Positions 25,332 through 34,392 are shown, counted from the stretch's first letter. The stretch: DNA of 35,231 bases from a virus (IMGVR_UViG_3300027798_002719:1-35231), one strand, 5' to 3'. Made by a program: numbers and translations. The notes: generated by a model from the sequence alone, not told the origin.

Positions 25332-27122
25332 TTAGAATATTGAAGAATATGTGTAAGTTATTTCGCCACTATCCAATTGATTAATATATTGGACTTCAAT
25401 AGTCGACGGTGTGCCAGTACCGTTATACTCGTTGCAGTTTTCATCTAAAAAGATAACTTTAAACTGTAATGCTTGAGATATTGGTTTATAGTTTCCGGTA
25501 CTGTACTCAATATATGTTGTACCTTCTGGGCCAGCATAGTCATATTCGTCTGTATATTGTATACCGCTAGTTCCTAAATCTGGATAGGCTGTAATGCTAA
25601 GGGTACCTCTTCGGGTAAAGCCGTCATTACTACGGAAAGTATAATCGATAACGTAAGAAATATTGCCGTCAGTGACTCCGTAGATATCTGTGGCAATTGG
25701 TAATCTAAATGCAGTATCATAGTTTGTTCGGCCACCAGCTATGCCGCCTGGAATGATTTTAGGAGCAAACAACTGATAACTGCCAACTCCTGTTACTTCC
25801 GGAAAGTATGGAACGTCAACATTATCAATTCCTGGGTTGGCCAGATCACCGCCACTATCTTCGTTACCAAAACTTCTATCGGATAATATGTTCTTTGTTG
25901 AGTTTCCTGGACTGCCAATGTAAATTTGTGGATAGGTAGCCTGACTATGACCGTTAGTACCTTCATTTCCAACATTGTTTAGTTGCACATCAGTTATTGA
26001 ATTACCAGTACCGTAGTATAGTAATACTGCGTATTGTTTCACACCATCGAATTGTACATTGGTAATTGTTGTTTGTCTTGGGCCATATTGTTCCCCGACT
26101 GCTGAACCGTTTGCAATATCTGGAATAGTAATATCGCCGCCAAGTACAAATCCCATTTTAACACTAGTGATATATAAATTATCAAATTGATTATTCAAAA
26201 TATCTTGTTTAGTATAAACTGCATACGAAAAGCCACTAATGGTTATGTTTCTAAATATATTTCTTTCGCATGTTACAATGTCAGAAACTGCACGTAACCA
26301 AATACCTCGACTGGTAGTACTCAATGCGCCGACCCAACCACCTTCGATGTTTATATTATCGAATACACTATCTTTAACAGCATCCATTTGAAACGCTGTA
26401 GCAGTTGCTGACGTAGTTTTAATAGTCATGCCAGTCATAATAATGTTGCGTGGCTGTGTAACACCTAATGTGTTTCCTAATGTGTCAATAACGGTAGGGG
26501 TTGAGCTATCATTGATAAACTGTATAACTGGGCCTGTTCCGCTATGCAAAATCTTAGTCTTGTCTGCCCCAGCACCTGCTAGTGTAGCATAACTCGGGAT
26601 ATACAATGTACCAGTAATCTTGTATTCTCCGGGCGGAAGTATTAATACAACTCGATTCTTAGTTGCTTGAAATGCACCGATATCAGATGCTTTGGTAATG
26701 TTGGCGTTTAGATATAACTGAAATATAGCACGTTGGATATCAGCAGTAACATCAGTTGTACCATTGCCTAACTGTTGTGGATCAATAAAGTTGGCGAGAG
26801 TAACTTGATCGTCAAGCCGCTCTTGAATGTAACGTGTAATAGGTGTGTTTGAGTTTGGACCTGTTTGTATTCCTGTATCGGAAATTTTGTAGATATACTC
26901 TAGCAAGTTAAGAATGTTACCGTTGACACCTAGGTCAAGTTCTGTAATAATCTTAGTATTACCTACAGCCGGCGCTCCTTCAGCAACTGAACCATTACCT
27001 ATGTAAAGTTCCTGTGAGTCGACAGCCCACGCCAATTCGCCAGATGCTAGTTGTGGAAATCCAGTTCCGCTTTGCGATTTACCGCGTCTAATTTGTATTC
27101 TTGAGATCTGTACGACAGCCAT
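25332..27122 (-). CDS. virion protein with pectate-lyase-like beta-helix (spike/depolymerase-like)
   Basis: N-terminal QIRRG...LASGELAW...LYIGNG domain; DVTADIQRAI and LPPGEYKI beta-helix cap; N/I/T/G-rich repeats; TAAATA at 27144..27149. Confidence 0.7.
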   Translation of the reverse strand: MAVVQISRIQIRRGKSQSGTGFPQLASGELAWAVDSQELYIGNGSVAEGAPAVGNTKIITELDLGVNGNILNLLEYIYKISDTGIQTGPNSNTPITRYIQERLDDQVTLANFIDPQQLGNGTTDVTADIQRAIFQLYLNANITKASDIGAFQATKNRVVLILPPGEYKITGTLYIPSYATLAGAGADKTKILHSGTGPVIQFINDSSTPTVIDTLGNTLGVTQPRNIIMTGMTIKTTSATATAFQMDAVKDSVFDNINIEGGWVGALSTTSRGIWLRAVSDIVTCERNIFRNITISGFSYAVYTKQDILNNQFDNLYITSVKMGFVLGGDITIPDIANGSAVGEQYGPRQTTITNVQFDGVKQYAVLLYYGTGNSITDVQLNNVGNEGTNGHSQATYPQIYIGSPGNSTKNILSDRSFGNEDSGGDLANPGIDNVDVPYFPEVTGVGSYQLFAPKIIPGGIAGGRTNYDTAFRLPIATDIYGVTDGNISYVIDYTFRSNDGFTRRGTLSITAYPDLGTSGIQYTDEYDYAGPEGTTYIEYSTGNYKPISQALQFKVIFLDENCNEYNGTGTPSTIEVQYINQLDSGEITYTYSSIF

Positions 27123-27149
27123 GTAAATATCCTCTATATGGAATATTTA

Positions 27150-27866
27150 TCAGTTTTCGCGGTAGTATTGTTCCACTCTGTTCCACCACTGTTTTTCCCA
27201 GTGATCAAAGATGTCAGGAGTTAATATAAACTCTTGATAAGCAGGATCTCCCCAAACTAACGGTTTTATCTCTGGGGGTTTTACACACATAAACACAACA
27301 CCCTTGCGTATGTTTGTGTTATGCACTTTATTGTGGGCTAGGGCGTATGCTACCATTTGTAGGTAGTAGTCCTCAATCCACTCTTCCTTCTTGGGCTTGT
27401 TAGTCTGTTTATGGTCCATGATTGCTGGATCATTTAAGTGCAGGCCTACACAGTCAGTAGTGCCTGCATACAATCCCGGATAGTACAAAGGTACTTCAAC
27501 GCCCCATACTTCATTAACGTTTTTAAGTCCGTTTTCGATTATGTGCTGGGCCATCTTATGGCTTTGTACTGAGTAGGGATTAGTGCCAGGTTCGTTAACT
27601 GTACCTTGCACAATGTAGTCCTCAAGGAACTTGTGCATTCGTGTACCACGACCTGCGGCTTCTGTAACAATCTCTTGCGCCTTGACTTCACCCACACGCT
27701 TTTTCCAATTAAGGAGAGCTTGTACTTTTTCCCAAGGTTTAGTCTTGTCTAGGATTGTTGTTACTGATGGAACTTTGTTCCCATCGGGCGTAGCGTATAA
27801 ACGCTTGCCTTCTACGCTTGCCCGGTCTAAGGGAGTGTAGTCATATCGTTCAGTTAATAGAGTCAT
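27150..27866 (-). CDS. PD-(D/E)XK exonuclease (Cas4/MGME1-like)
   Basis: PSVTTIL, RGTRMH, E...YAGTTD...MDHK and YYLQMVAY motifs; start moved to ATG 27866. Confidence 0.88.
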   Translation of the reverse strand: MTLLTERYDYTPLDRASVEGKRLYATPDGNKVPSVTTILDKTKPWEKVQALLNWKKRVGEVKAQEIVTEAAGRGTRMHKFLEDYIVQGTVNEPGTNPYSVQSHKMAQHIIENGLKNVNEVWGVEVPLYYPGLYAGTTDCVGLHLNDPAIMDHKQTNKPKKEEWIEDYYLQMVAYALAHNKVHNTNIRKGVVFMCVKPPEIKPLVWGDPAYQEFILTPDIFDHWEKQWWNRVEQYYREN

Positions 27867-27874
27867 ATAGCGCA

Positions 27875-27903
27875 AGTATACACTAACTTACGCTAACTGT
27901 CAA
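27875..27903 (-). promoter_or_regulatory. sigma70-like promoter
   Basis: TTGACA-17 nt-TATACT; the ATG lies only 8 nt downstream. Confidence 0.75.
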
Positions 27904-27906
27904 CAA

Positions 27907-28200
27907 TTATTTGCCTAATTTAGTTGCACGTTTAGCCATTTTTTCCATTTCGTTTGGCTGTGGAGTACCTTTTTCAACTTGTTTTGCTTTATTGGCTGTT
28001 TTGATAACTAGGCCGTGGCTATCATAACGATCCACAATGGATTTTAACACAGGGTCACTATCCCAACGTGCGGCAAATCTGTCATAGTCTATTGCTGGAG
28101 CACCCATCTTAGCACTAGCGGCAGCTAGTGCTCGCCACGTCATTGTGGCTTCTGAACCTTTACGGTTGGCTGCTGATTGAAGAGCCCTTAGTGTTGCCAC
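27907..28200 (-). CDS. probable -1 frameshift extension of 28221..29207
   Basis: GTG start without an RBS; frame is open back to the A9G run at 28224..28233. Confidence 0.6.
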   Translation of the reverse strand: MATLRALQSAANRKGSEATMTWRALAAASAKMGAPAIDYDRFAARWDSDPVLKSIVDRYDSHGLVIKTANKAKQVEKGTPQPNEMEKMAKRATKLGK

Positions 28201-28220
28201 TAAGGGATCGATTGATTCAT

Positions 28221-29207
28221 TTACTTTTTTTTTGAATTTAACAACATGCCTAGACGTCTGCTGTAATCTACTGATTCGCGTTTTTCTCTGCCTGTCTCTG
28301 CCGCTGGAGGCATAGCTGTTTCTTCTTCGCCTTCTGCGCCTGGCATTGGAGGTGCCATTGAATCTAATTCTGCGCCCATGTCTTCTGCTCCTGCATCCAT
28401 TCCGCCTAGTGGTGCGCCCATTGTTGGAGCCTGTTCACCTGAGACAATTGCTAGTGCGCCTGACAAGCCTTGACGACTTGTTTCTAATGCTGTATAAATT
28501 GCTTCCAATGCTGGCTTAACGGCACTATTGTACTGTTGGGCTACATCGCTGCCTTGTTGTTTTCCTATGGAATCTACTAGTTCTAGCAACTGTTCTGCCT
28601 TCATAGCGGCTACATCTTCTAACCAGCCTGTAATACGATCAACCATATCCTTGGTTGCCATGATAATCTCAGCCTTGTCTTCTTCGCCTTCTAATAACAT
28701 CCAGCTAGCTTGTGATTCATTTAAGTCATAACGTAATTGTAGTTCTGCCTTAAGTTCTTCGCGATCGCTTTCGCCTAATTGGATTCTATTGATAGCTGAT
28801 TCAATCCAGCTGTCAGGTACTGCAAATCTGCTTGCACGATTACGGATGAATGATGCGTATACTGTGCTTTCTGTTTTCATTGTTTCTTCGTCCTTTTCAT
28901 CACATTCGCATGGATCTTTATGGCAATCAGAGCAAGTATCATCATCTGTACTTTCTTCGCGTTCCATGATCTCTTGATTGATACAGTCTAAGAACATGCG
29001 TGTCTTTTGATAGTCTGGGCTTTCTAGCACAGAATCAAAACTTTCGCTTAATTCAAACTGGCTAATCTTCGTACGAAGTTTGTTACGTGCATCTTCAAGC
29101 TGTTCTGTAGTGAACTGCTCTAGGTTAATTTTGTAACCAAACTTCTTTGCTAGGCTCTCGTTGAGTGCTTTAGCTGTAACGGGTTGTGATAACTCTCTAA
29201 TTTGCAT
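28221..29207 (-). CDS. acidic helical late protein, probable prohead core/internal protein
   Basis: MQIREL start; repeated LxES motifs; M/P/A/G/E-rich linker; TATAAATA at 29234..29241. Confidence 0.6.
   Translation of the reverse strand: MQIRELSQPVTAKALNESLAKKFGYKINLEQFTTEQLEDARNKLRTKISQFELSESFDSVLESPDYQKTRMFLDCINQEIMEREESTDDDTCSDCHKDPCECDEKDEETMKTESTVYASFIRNRASRFAVPDSWIESAINRIQLGESDREELKAELQLRYDLNESQASWMLLEGEEDKAEIIMATKDMVDRITGWLEDVAAMKAEQLLELVDSIGKQQGSDVAQQYNSAVKPALEAIYTALETSRQGLSGALAIVSGEQAPTMGAPLGGMDAGAEDMGAELDSMAPPMPGAEGEEETAMPPAAETGREKRESVDYSRRLGMLLNSKKK
28224..28237 (-). other. slippery site ATTCAAAAAAAAAG (contains A_AAA_AAG)
   Basis: TCA AAA AAA AAG TAA; the -1 frame reads through to 27907. 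Confidence 0.75.
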
Positions 29208-29236
29208 GATCTATTCCTAGAATTCTTATTATGTAT

Positions 29237-29692
29237 TTATACGAAACTCCACTTAAACATTCTGGAAATCTGCTCCTTGAAATGTTGTGTTTTGTATTCT
29301 GTATCTTCTAACTTATTTAACAAAATTATATACCTATCGAGATCTTTAGCTGTTTTAATATTCTTTTTGTAAACTTGTAAATCTGAATGATTAGCCCAGT
29401 ATCGATTATCTAATTGTTTAATCTCAAAGAACTTTGTCAGCTGTAGACTATTATACGATTTTGCTGCCATTAATGCACAGGTTTTGAGATAGTATTCTTC
29501 AATTAGATGTTTGCTACCGTGATTGTAAAGTCCCCAGTTGCCTGTTTTAAGCTGTCTAACAAGATACTTTTTATATACTATACCGCCGTCGGGTAAAACT
29601 GTAACGGGTAGTTGCTTGTTAAATTCGTTAGCAAATTGCTCTGCTAAATCCTTAACTGCTATCTTCTTATGTTTTTTATTTGTATTTTTCAT
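29237..29692 (-). CDS. basic hypothetical protein
   Basis: 151-aa ORF in the operon. Confidence 0.7.
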   Translation of the reverse strand: MKNTNKKHKKIAVKDLAEQFANEFNKQLPVTVLPDGGIVYKKYLVRQLKTGNWGLYNHGSKHLIEEYYLKTCALMAAKSYNSLQLTKFFEIKQLDNRYWANHSDLQVYKKNIKTAKDLDRYIILLNKLEDTEYKTQHFKEQISRMFKWSFV

Positions 29693-29882
29693 TTGCTACT
29701 ATGCTAGGATCTGTTTGTCCTATCTTAGTTACCAAACTTTTACGGATCATGGCCTGAACTCTGAACTGTTCTGTCTCAGTAAGTGATGCTAGTTTAACTG
29801 GACTACCTAGCTTCTTCAAAAGATCAGCTTCCTCATTAGTAGTCCATATTTTAAAATCATCAATTAGTTCGCTGATTTTCAT
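29676..29882 (-). CDS. small hypothetical protein
   Basis: ATGA overlap; MKISEL start. Confidence 0.7.
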   Translation of the reverse strand: MKISELIDDFKIWTTNEEADLLKKLGSPVKLASLTETEQFRVQAMIRKSLVTKIGQTDPSIVANEKYK

Positions 29883-30625
29883 CTAAGACCTGCAATAGTT
29901 AGCATACTCGTTAACAATTGATCATCTGCTGATTCTTTAGTCGGCAAACGCATTGGAGGAGCACCGATACCTGTTTTCTCAGCACTTTGTACACCCATTG
30001 GTCTTCTTGCAGTCCCAGCAGTGCCAGTTCTTGTCATGTTTTCAAAGTCGCTAGGAGCAACAATAATTTTACTACCTAATCTCTGATCACCGCCTTCTAA
30101 TCCCGGAACCATTTGTCCGTTAACCTTAAGCATGACCTTACGGAAACCTTGGTCTTCGGCTTTTGCTTCAACTTCAGGAGTAATTGCTGTCCATAATTTG
30201 CTTGCCACGATTGGCGTTGGACCGCGTCCGCCTGCATTTGCTGTGGGTTGTGGACCATGGTTGACCGGATAACCAACACCTGGCTGTTCTTCTTGAACCT
30301 TAGCGGCATCAACTTCCATACCAGGTTGCACATTAGGTATTTGCATGGATAAACTATTAGGTTTATCTCCTGGAGTAATCTGAGTTGCATCCACTGTGGT
30401 AGTCTGGCCTGTTGGGCTTTGTACATCAACTTTACCAGTTGCTGGATCTACCTTTGATACTTTGCCAATCATCTGACCTGGAATAGCTGTTTCTTCTACT
30501 GGCCCAACTGGCTGTAGCTTTTCTTTAGCTTTAGCGTGAGCTACACTAGGATTAACTGTTTTCTTAGTATACTTCTTGGCCTTTACACCTTTTTTGTGTT
30601 CACCTACGATTTGAATTATTTTCAT
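29879..30625 (-). CDS. probable internal head protein
   Basis: MKIIQIVGE start; low-complexity linkers; C-terminus KES...LTSMLTIAGLR. Confidence 0.55.
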   Translation of the reverse strand: MKIIQIVGEHKKGVKAKKYTKKTVNPSVAHAKAKEKLQPVGPVEETAIPGQMIGKVSKVDPATGKVDVQSPTGQTTTVDATQITPGDKPNSLSMQIPNVQPGMEVDAAKVQEEQPGVGYPVNHGPQPTANAGGRGPTPIVASKLWTAITPEVEAKAEDQGFRKVMLKVNGQMVPGLEGGDQRLGSKIIVAPSDFENMTRTGTAGTARRPMGVQSAEKTGIGAPPMRLPTKESADDQLLTSMLTIAGLR

Positions 30626-31329
30626 TGTTGTTCCCCGAGGCTTAATTCAGCACTTTGTAATTTATTAATATGGCGTCTAAATTTGTCAATTTTACCCCTA
30701 GCACGTAATAGTTTAAATGCTAGATTTTCTACTGAATACTCACCATTTGTTTCTAATCCGGCTTGGCGCAATTTGCGTATCTCTGCCATTGTTTCTCTAG
30801 CAGTATTTAAGTCATTTGTTCTCATTGCTTGATTGATTCTGCTGGCATAGTTTCTAGCTTTTTTAGTAACATCTGCATCTCTAATCGTAGGAGGTTGATG
30901 TTTAGGCTTGCTAGTCCATCGATCGTTTAGTACACTGTATATTCCTGCTGATCGATGTGGCTGTTGTATATCTTGTACATATAGTTCTACATCAATGTCT
31001 TTAATCTTAATGTTGTGTGTAAAGTTATACTCATTCTTTTTAGCTGTGTATAATTCTGAAAGCTCTGGATGCTCCTTGGGCATGTCTACAACTAGGTGTA
31101 GATCCAAGTCACTACTATCGCTATAACCGTATGCGGCATTAGATCCACTTATGGTAATGTCTCGTAGGTTAAGTTTAGGCACGTTAAGGAACTTGGCAAA
31201 ATGCATGGCAATTGCTAGTAGCTTGTAACGTACTTCTGTGATTAGGGTATTGTTATCCCAAACTTTGGGATTGAGTGTGTCGTGATAAGTGACGGGTTTG
31301 ATTGATTCTTCGAATTCTATAATCTGCAT
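30622..31329 (-). CDS. Pol-beta-superfamily nucleotidyltransferase
   Basis: ISGSNA...SDLDLH...VELY; C-terminal GEYSVENLAFKLLR. Confidence 0.8.
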   Translation of the reverse strand: MQIIEFEESIKPVTYHDTLNPKVWDNNTLITEVRYKLLAIAMHFAKFLNVPKLNLRDITISGSNAAYGYSDSSDLDLHLVVDMPKEHPELSELYTAKKNEYNFTHNIKIKDIDVELYVQDIQQPHRSAGIYSVLNDRWTSKPKHQPPTIRDADVTKKARNYASRINQAMRTNDLNTARETMAEIRKLRQAGLETNGEYSVENLAFKLLRARGKIDKFRRHINKLQSAELSLGEQQ

Positions 31330-31347
31330 AGCACATATTTAACACAA

Positions 31348-31770
31348 TTACAGACCAAGGAATTTTAATATATGAGGGAAACTTACTGAGTTTAGCCAAC
31401 CTGTACCAGCGGCAAAGGCCAATGCGGCCATGACGTACATGGTCCACTTGTTTTTGAGTTTTTCTAACTTGTTGAGTCTTTCATCCATGACATCATGGAT
31501 TACCCCATCTGCGGCATGTAGCTTTTCAGCGTGTTCAAAATACTTTACACTGTTAGCACGATATTCATCCTGCATTTTTTCCAGTTTGTCTGCCAGCAAT
31601 TCGCGGGTGTTATCCAAGCAGTCATGCATGTCTTTGACATCGCTTCGAATGTCTTTTTGAGAGTCTTTGATTGATTCGATACAGACAATCATGGCATTTA
31701 TTTTAGTTTCTACTATCGCTACCCGCTCGGGTAATGCCGCTATTTGTGATTGCGCTTCTTTTGTGGCCAT
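31348..31770 (-). CDS. coiled-coil protein with C-terminal TM (XhlA/holin-like architecture)
   Basis: Heptad repeats, then WTMYVMAALAFAAGTGW; GGAG RBS; TAAATA at 31875..31880. Confidence 0.6.
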   Translation of the reverse strand: MATKEAQSQIAALPERVAIVETKINAMIVCIESIKDSQKDIRSDVKDMHDCLDNTRELLADKLEKMQDEYRANSVKYFEHAEKLHAADGVIHDVMDERLNKLEKLKNKWTMYVMAALAFAAGTGWLNSVSFPHILKFLGL

Positions 31771-31880
31771 TCTGGGCTCTCCAATGTTTTAAGTCAGGGA
31801 CTCGCTCCGAGTCATGTGCCTAATGTATGATTGAATGCCTATGTGCCTTTGTAGTACTTTGATTATACTAGAAGTATTTA

Positions 31881-32285
31881 TCACTTCTTATGAAAAACAA
31901 TATTGGAGCCAGGATCGGCTGTGTTGAAAACTGCATACTGTTGTTCCATCAACTCATCTAGGCCTGCTATGTAAGGAACCAAATGGAAATCTTGTATCAA
32001 GTGTCCCACAGGATTATTGTCAATTTCAAATAGTAAATCTTCACGCTCTGTATTAAAATCAAATCTCCATACCCGTAATATCTCATCGGTATCAAACCCA
32101 ATCAGTTTGCCGTTTACTTCTGTCATGACTGGTTTGTTTTGAAAACTAATGTTAGCTCTAATGCCAAGTATTTGTAGCACAGTTTGAAAGTTTTGTTCCT
32201 TCCAACGTGCGTGTTCTTTGCCCGCTTCCGATCTGTATTGTCCAGTATGCGTAATATCTACAAGGGTGTAAAGTTTATATTCCAT
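31881..32285 (-). CDS. hypothetical late protein
   Basis: 134-aa ORF; TAAATA 5 nt upstream of the ATG. Confidence 0.75.
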   Translation of the reverse strand: MEYKLYTLVDITHTGQYRSEAGKEHARWKEQNFQTVLQILGIRANISFQNKPVMTEVNGKLIGFDTDEILRVWRFDFNTEREDLLFEIDNNPVGHLIQDFHLVPYIAGLDELMEQQYAVFNTADPGSNIVFHKK

Positions 32286-32304
32286 GATAGTATTTAACAG
32301 TCGT

Positions 32305-32333
32305 AAAAAAGCCCCGCTTTAAAAGCGAGGCTT
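32305..32333 (-). terminator. intrinsic terminator
   Basis: AAGCCTCGCTTTTAAAGCGGGGCTTTTTT on the minus strand. Confidence 0.85.
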
Positions 32334-32363
32334 AGTCTTCCCATCCCTGAGAATTATTTGCTA

Positions 32364-32738
32364 TTAGGCAAATGTTGCGGCTGCTACAGTTGATGTACCA
32401 GCTGTTGAAGCATTGATTGCGGCTTCTAGAATGCCGAAACCTGTACCTGTGTCAATACCACCACCAGCTGGCTTTGTGTCACCTGCTGTTTGTGTATTAG
32501 AAACAATACCAACGATCAATACATCGGCTGATTGTGCGTGTGCGAAATAAATTTCTGCTGTGGCTGCAACTCCACGTAGTGCCTTTTGATATAGGCTGTC
32601 AGCGGCAGTTGCGCCTGTACCAACGCCTGTTAGGCCTGTTATTTTCAAGAATATTAAATCTGGTGTACCAAAACGTGAAAATGGGTTTTCTGCTTTTAAG
32701 TAGTTTGCGGCTACTGTTGTTCCGACTAATGATGGCAT
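32364..32738 (-). CDS. probable small virion structural protein
   Basis: A/G/T-rich; own TAAATA (32797..32802), GAGGAG RBS and terminator. Confidence 0.6.
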   Translation of the reverse strand: MPSLVGTTVAANYLKAENPFSRFGTPDLIFLKITGLTGVGTGATAADSLYQKALRGVAATAEIYFAHAQSADVLIVGIVSNTQTAGDTKPAGGGIDTGTGFGILEAAINASTAGTSTVAAATFA

Positions 32739-32824
32739 AATAATCTCCTCTGAATATGCTTAATCAAATACTCACACTCTGTGAGCTTTGTATATGTATT
32801 TAGTATTTGAGTTTAAAAACTAGG

Positions 32825-33676
32825 TCAAACTGTTAATTTTTGGCGAATATTTTTGAACCAATCTATACTGCCTTCTTTAAGATGCGGATACTTTTTAGCC
32901 ATGTCATCGCGGAATTGTGCTAGTCTTGGGCTGTTGATACCGCCTACTTTAGCGATCATGCTTTCAACGTTGCCTAGATCGTCAGCTGTTGCTCCCTTGC
33001 CCAGAACAATTTCTGCTACCTTATCTATATCACGGGTAATAACTTCGCCTGTAGCACGATTCTGTAAGGCGCCGCCAAATCCATTGTATTGGAAGGTACG
33101 GTCTGGTTGTCCGGGGATTGAGTTAACCAAACTAGCCAATGCAAACTGTTGATCCTGACCACCATATGGACTGTCTTTAACACTATAGTCATGCTCATGA
33201 TGCCGCCCAATTTCGTGGGCATGTTGCATGGTCATTAAGTCTACTTGAAAATAAGCTGGCATGCCTTGTATTTCAGCACCCATAGGATAACCTATGTGTA
33301 CATTCTTACCTATTTGTAATGTGGGGAAATGCTCGCTCATGTGCTTGGCTAGTGCGGCACGGACTACTTTGTCGTCTGCGCCTTTCATAAGTCCTAGACT
33401 GTCTTTGATAGCATCTGTGTCAATAAACACATCTACATCACCCGAGTCTATTTTACTAGTGCCCTTGTGTGCAAAACGGTGTTCTGGATCAAAAGATCCA
33501 GCTCCACCACTGCGCCAAAATCCTGGATCACCTAGCGCATCTAGTATAGGCTGTAATCCTTGTTTAACTTCAAGAAACTGTTTAGGGCTTAGGCGTACAA
33601 GTACACCCTTAGTTGGCGGGCTATCTTGATCATCTAGTGTGCTAATGCCTAATTTACGTAATGCTGATCCACTCAT
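32825..33676 (-). CDS. putative nucleotidyltransferase-fold protein
   Basis: AGS...SGDVDVFI...FQVDLM acidic triad. Confidence 0.6.
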   Translation of the reverse strand: MSGSALRKLGISTLDDQDSPPTKGVLVRLSPKQFLEVKQGLQPILDALGDPGFWRSGGAGSFDPEHRFAHKGTSKIDSGDVDVFIDTDAIKDSLGLMKGADDKVVRAALAKHMSEHFPTLQIGKNVHIGYPMGAEIQGMPAYFQVDLMTMQHAHEIGRHHEHDYSVKDSPYGGQDQQFALASLVNSIPGQPDRTFQYNGFGGALQNRATGEVITRDIDKVAEIVLGKGATADDLGNVESMIAKVGGINSPRLAQFRDDMAKKYPHLKEGSIDWFKNIRQKLTV

Positions 33677-33924
33677 TCTTTTGATTCCTGTATGCGTTTG
33701 ATACCACGCTTAAATTTATTTGCGTCAGCACTTTTAATACTGTTGATAAAGCGGCGCTCTAGCTCAGCGGCCGTTTCAATATCGTAATTCTCGCGAATTA
33801 GATTAATTAAATTGACAGCACTTTGTATTAGATTAGTACCCCTGTTCTCGATAACCAAATCGGTATCGCGGCTGAGGCCTATATCACTAAGTTCCTGCAA
33901 AATTGATCGAGTACTTTTACGCAT
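33673..33924 (-). CDS. hypothetical protein
   Basis: 83 aa; TAAATA at 33943..33948; ATGA overlap with the next gene. Confidence 0.75.
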   Translation of the reverse strand: MRKSTRSILQELSDIGLSRDTDLVIENRGTNLIQSAVNLINLIRENYDIETAAELERRFINSIKSADANKFKRGIKRIQESKE

Positions 33925-34070
33925 AGAGTTATTGTCTTTTAGTATTTATCGTATTGTAACATATTGATTTGGCAATATCAAGTGAGTTGGATTTAATCTT
34001 GTTGTAACATTAACAGGACTAAATACTCAGTAGAAACCATGAGTGACTACACATACACAGAGGAAACAAA

Positions 34071-34247
34071 ATGAAATATCTATCAGAAAAGATGCAGTCT
34101 ATACTAGAACGTTTGAGTGAAATGTTTCCGGGTAGCAGTTATCAATCAAGTCTAGATGCTTATCTAGCAGACAAAGGCATTACCGATGCCGCACAGTTGG
34201 AAAACTATATCCGTCAGTTTAACTATCAAAAGGAACAATATCTATGA
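34071..34247 (+). CDS. small protein, DUF3563-like, 58 aa
   Basis: Hand-translated MKYLSEKMQSILERLSEMF...LDAYLADKGITDAAQLENYIRQF; GAGGA RBS; TAAATA at 34020..34025. Confidence 0.65.
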   Translation: MKYLSEKMQSILERLSEMFPGSSYQSSLDAYLADKGITDAAQLENYIRQFNYQKEQYL

Positions 34248-34363
34248 AAAACTTTTTAAACACCATGTACAACATTTGTCTATCAATTGGCCAAACCAGA
34301 GCGGCATGTGCATTGGCTCGTGTAGGCCGATATGAAGAAGCAAAAGCCTTGATGACCAAGTAA
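34244..34363 (+). CDS. small protein, 39 aa (MKNFLNTMYNICLSIGQTRAACALARVGRYEEAKALMTK)
   Basis: Hand-translated; AAGGA RBS; ATGA overlap. Confidence 0.6.
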   Translation: MKNFLNTMYNICLSIGQTRAACALARVGRYEEAKALMTK

Positions 34364-34392
34364 GTTGTTGCGCCGCAAGAGATATATACACT

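Noticed and set aside
27150-27866. Cas4 / CRISPR system
   Set aside because: No repeat-spacer array or other cas genes, and no four-Cys Fe-S motif; this is a stand-alone phage exonuclease.
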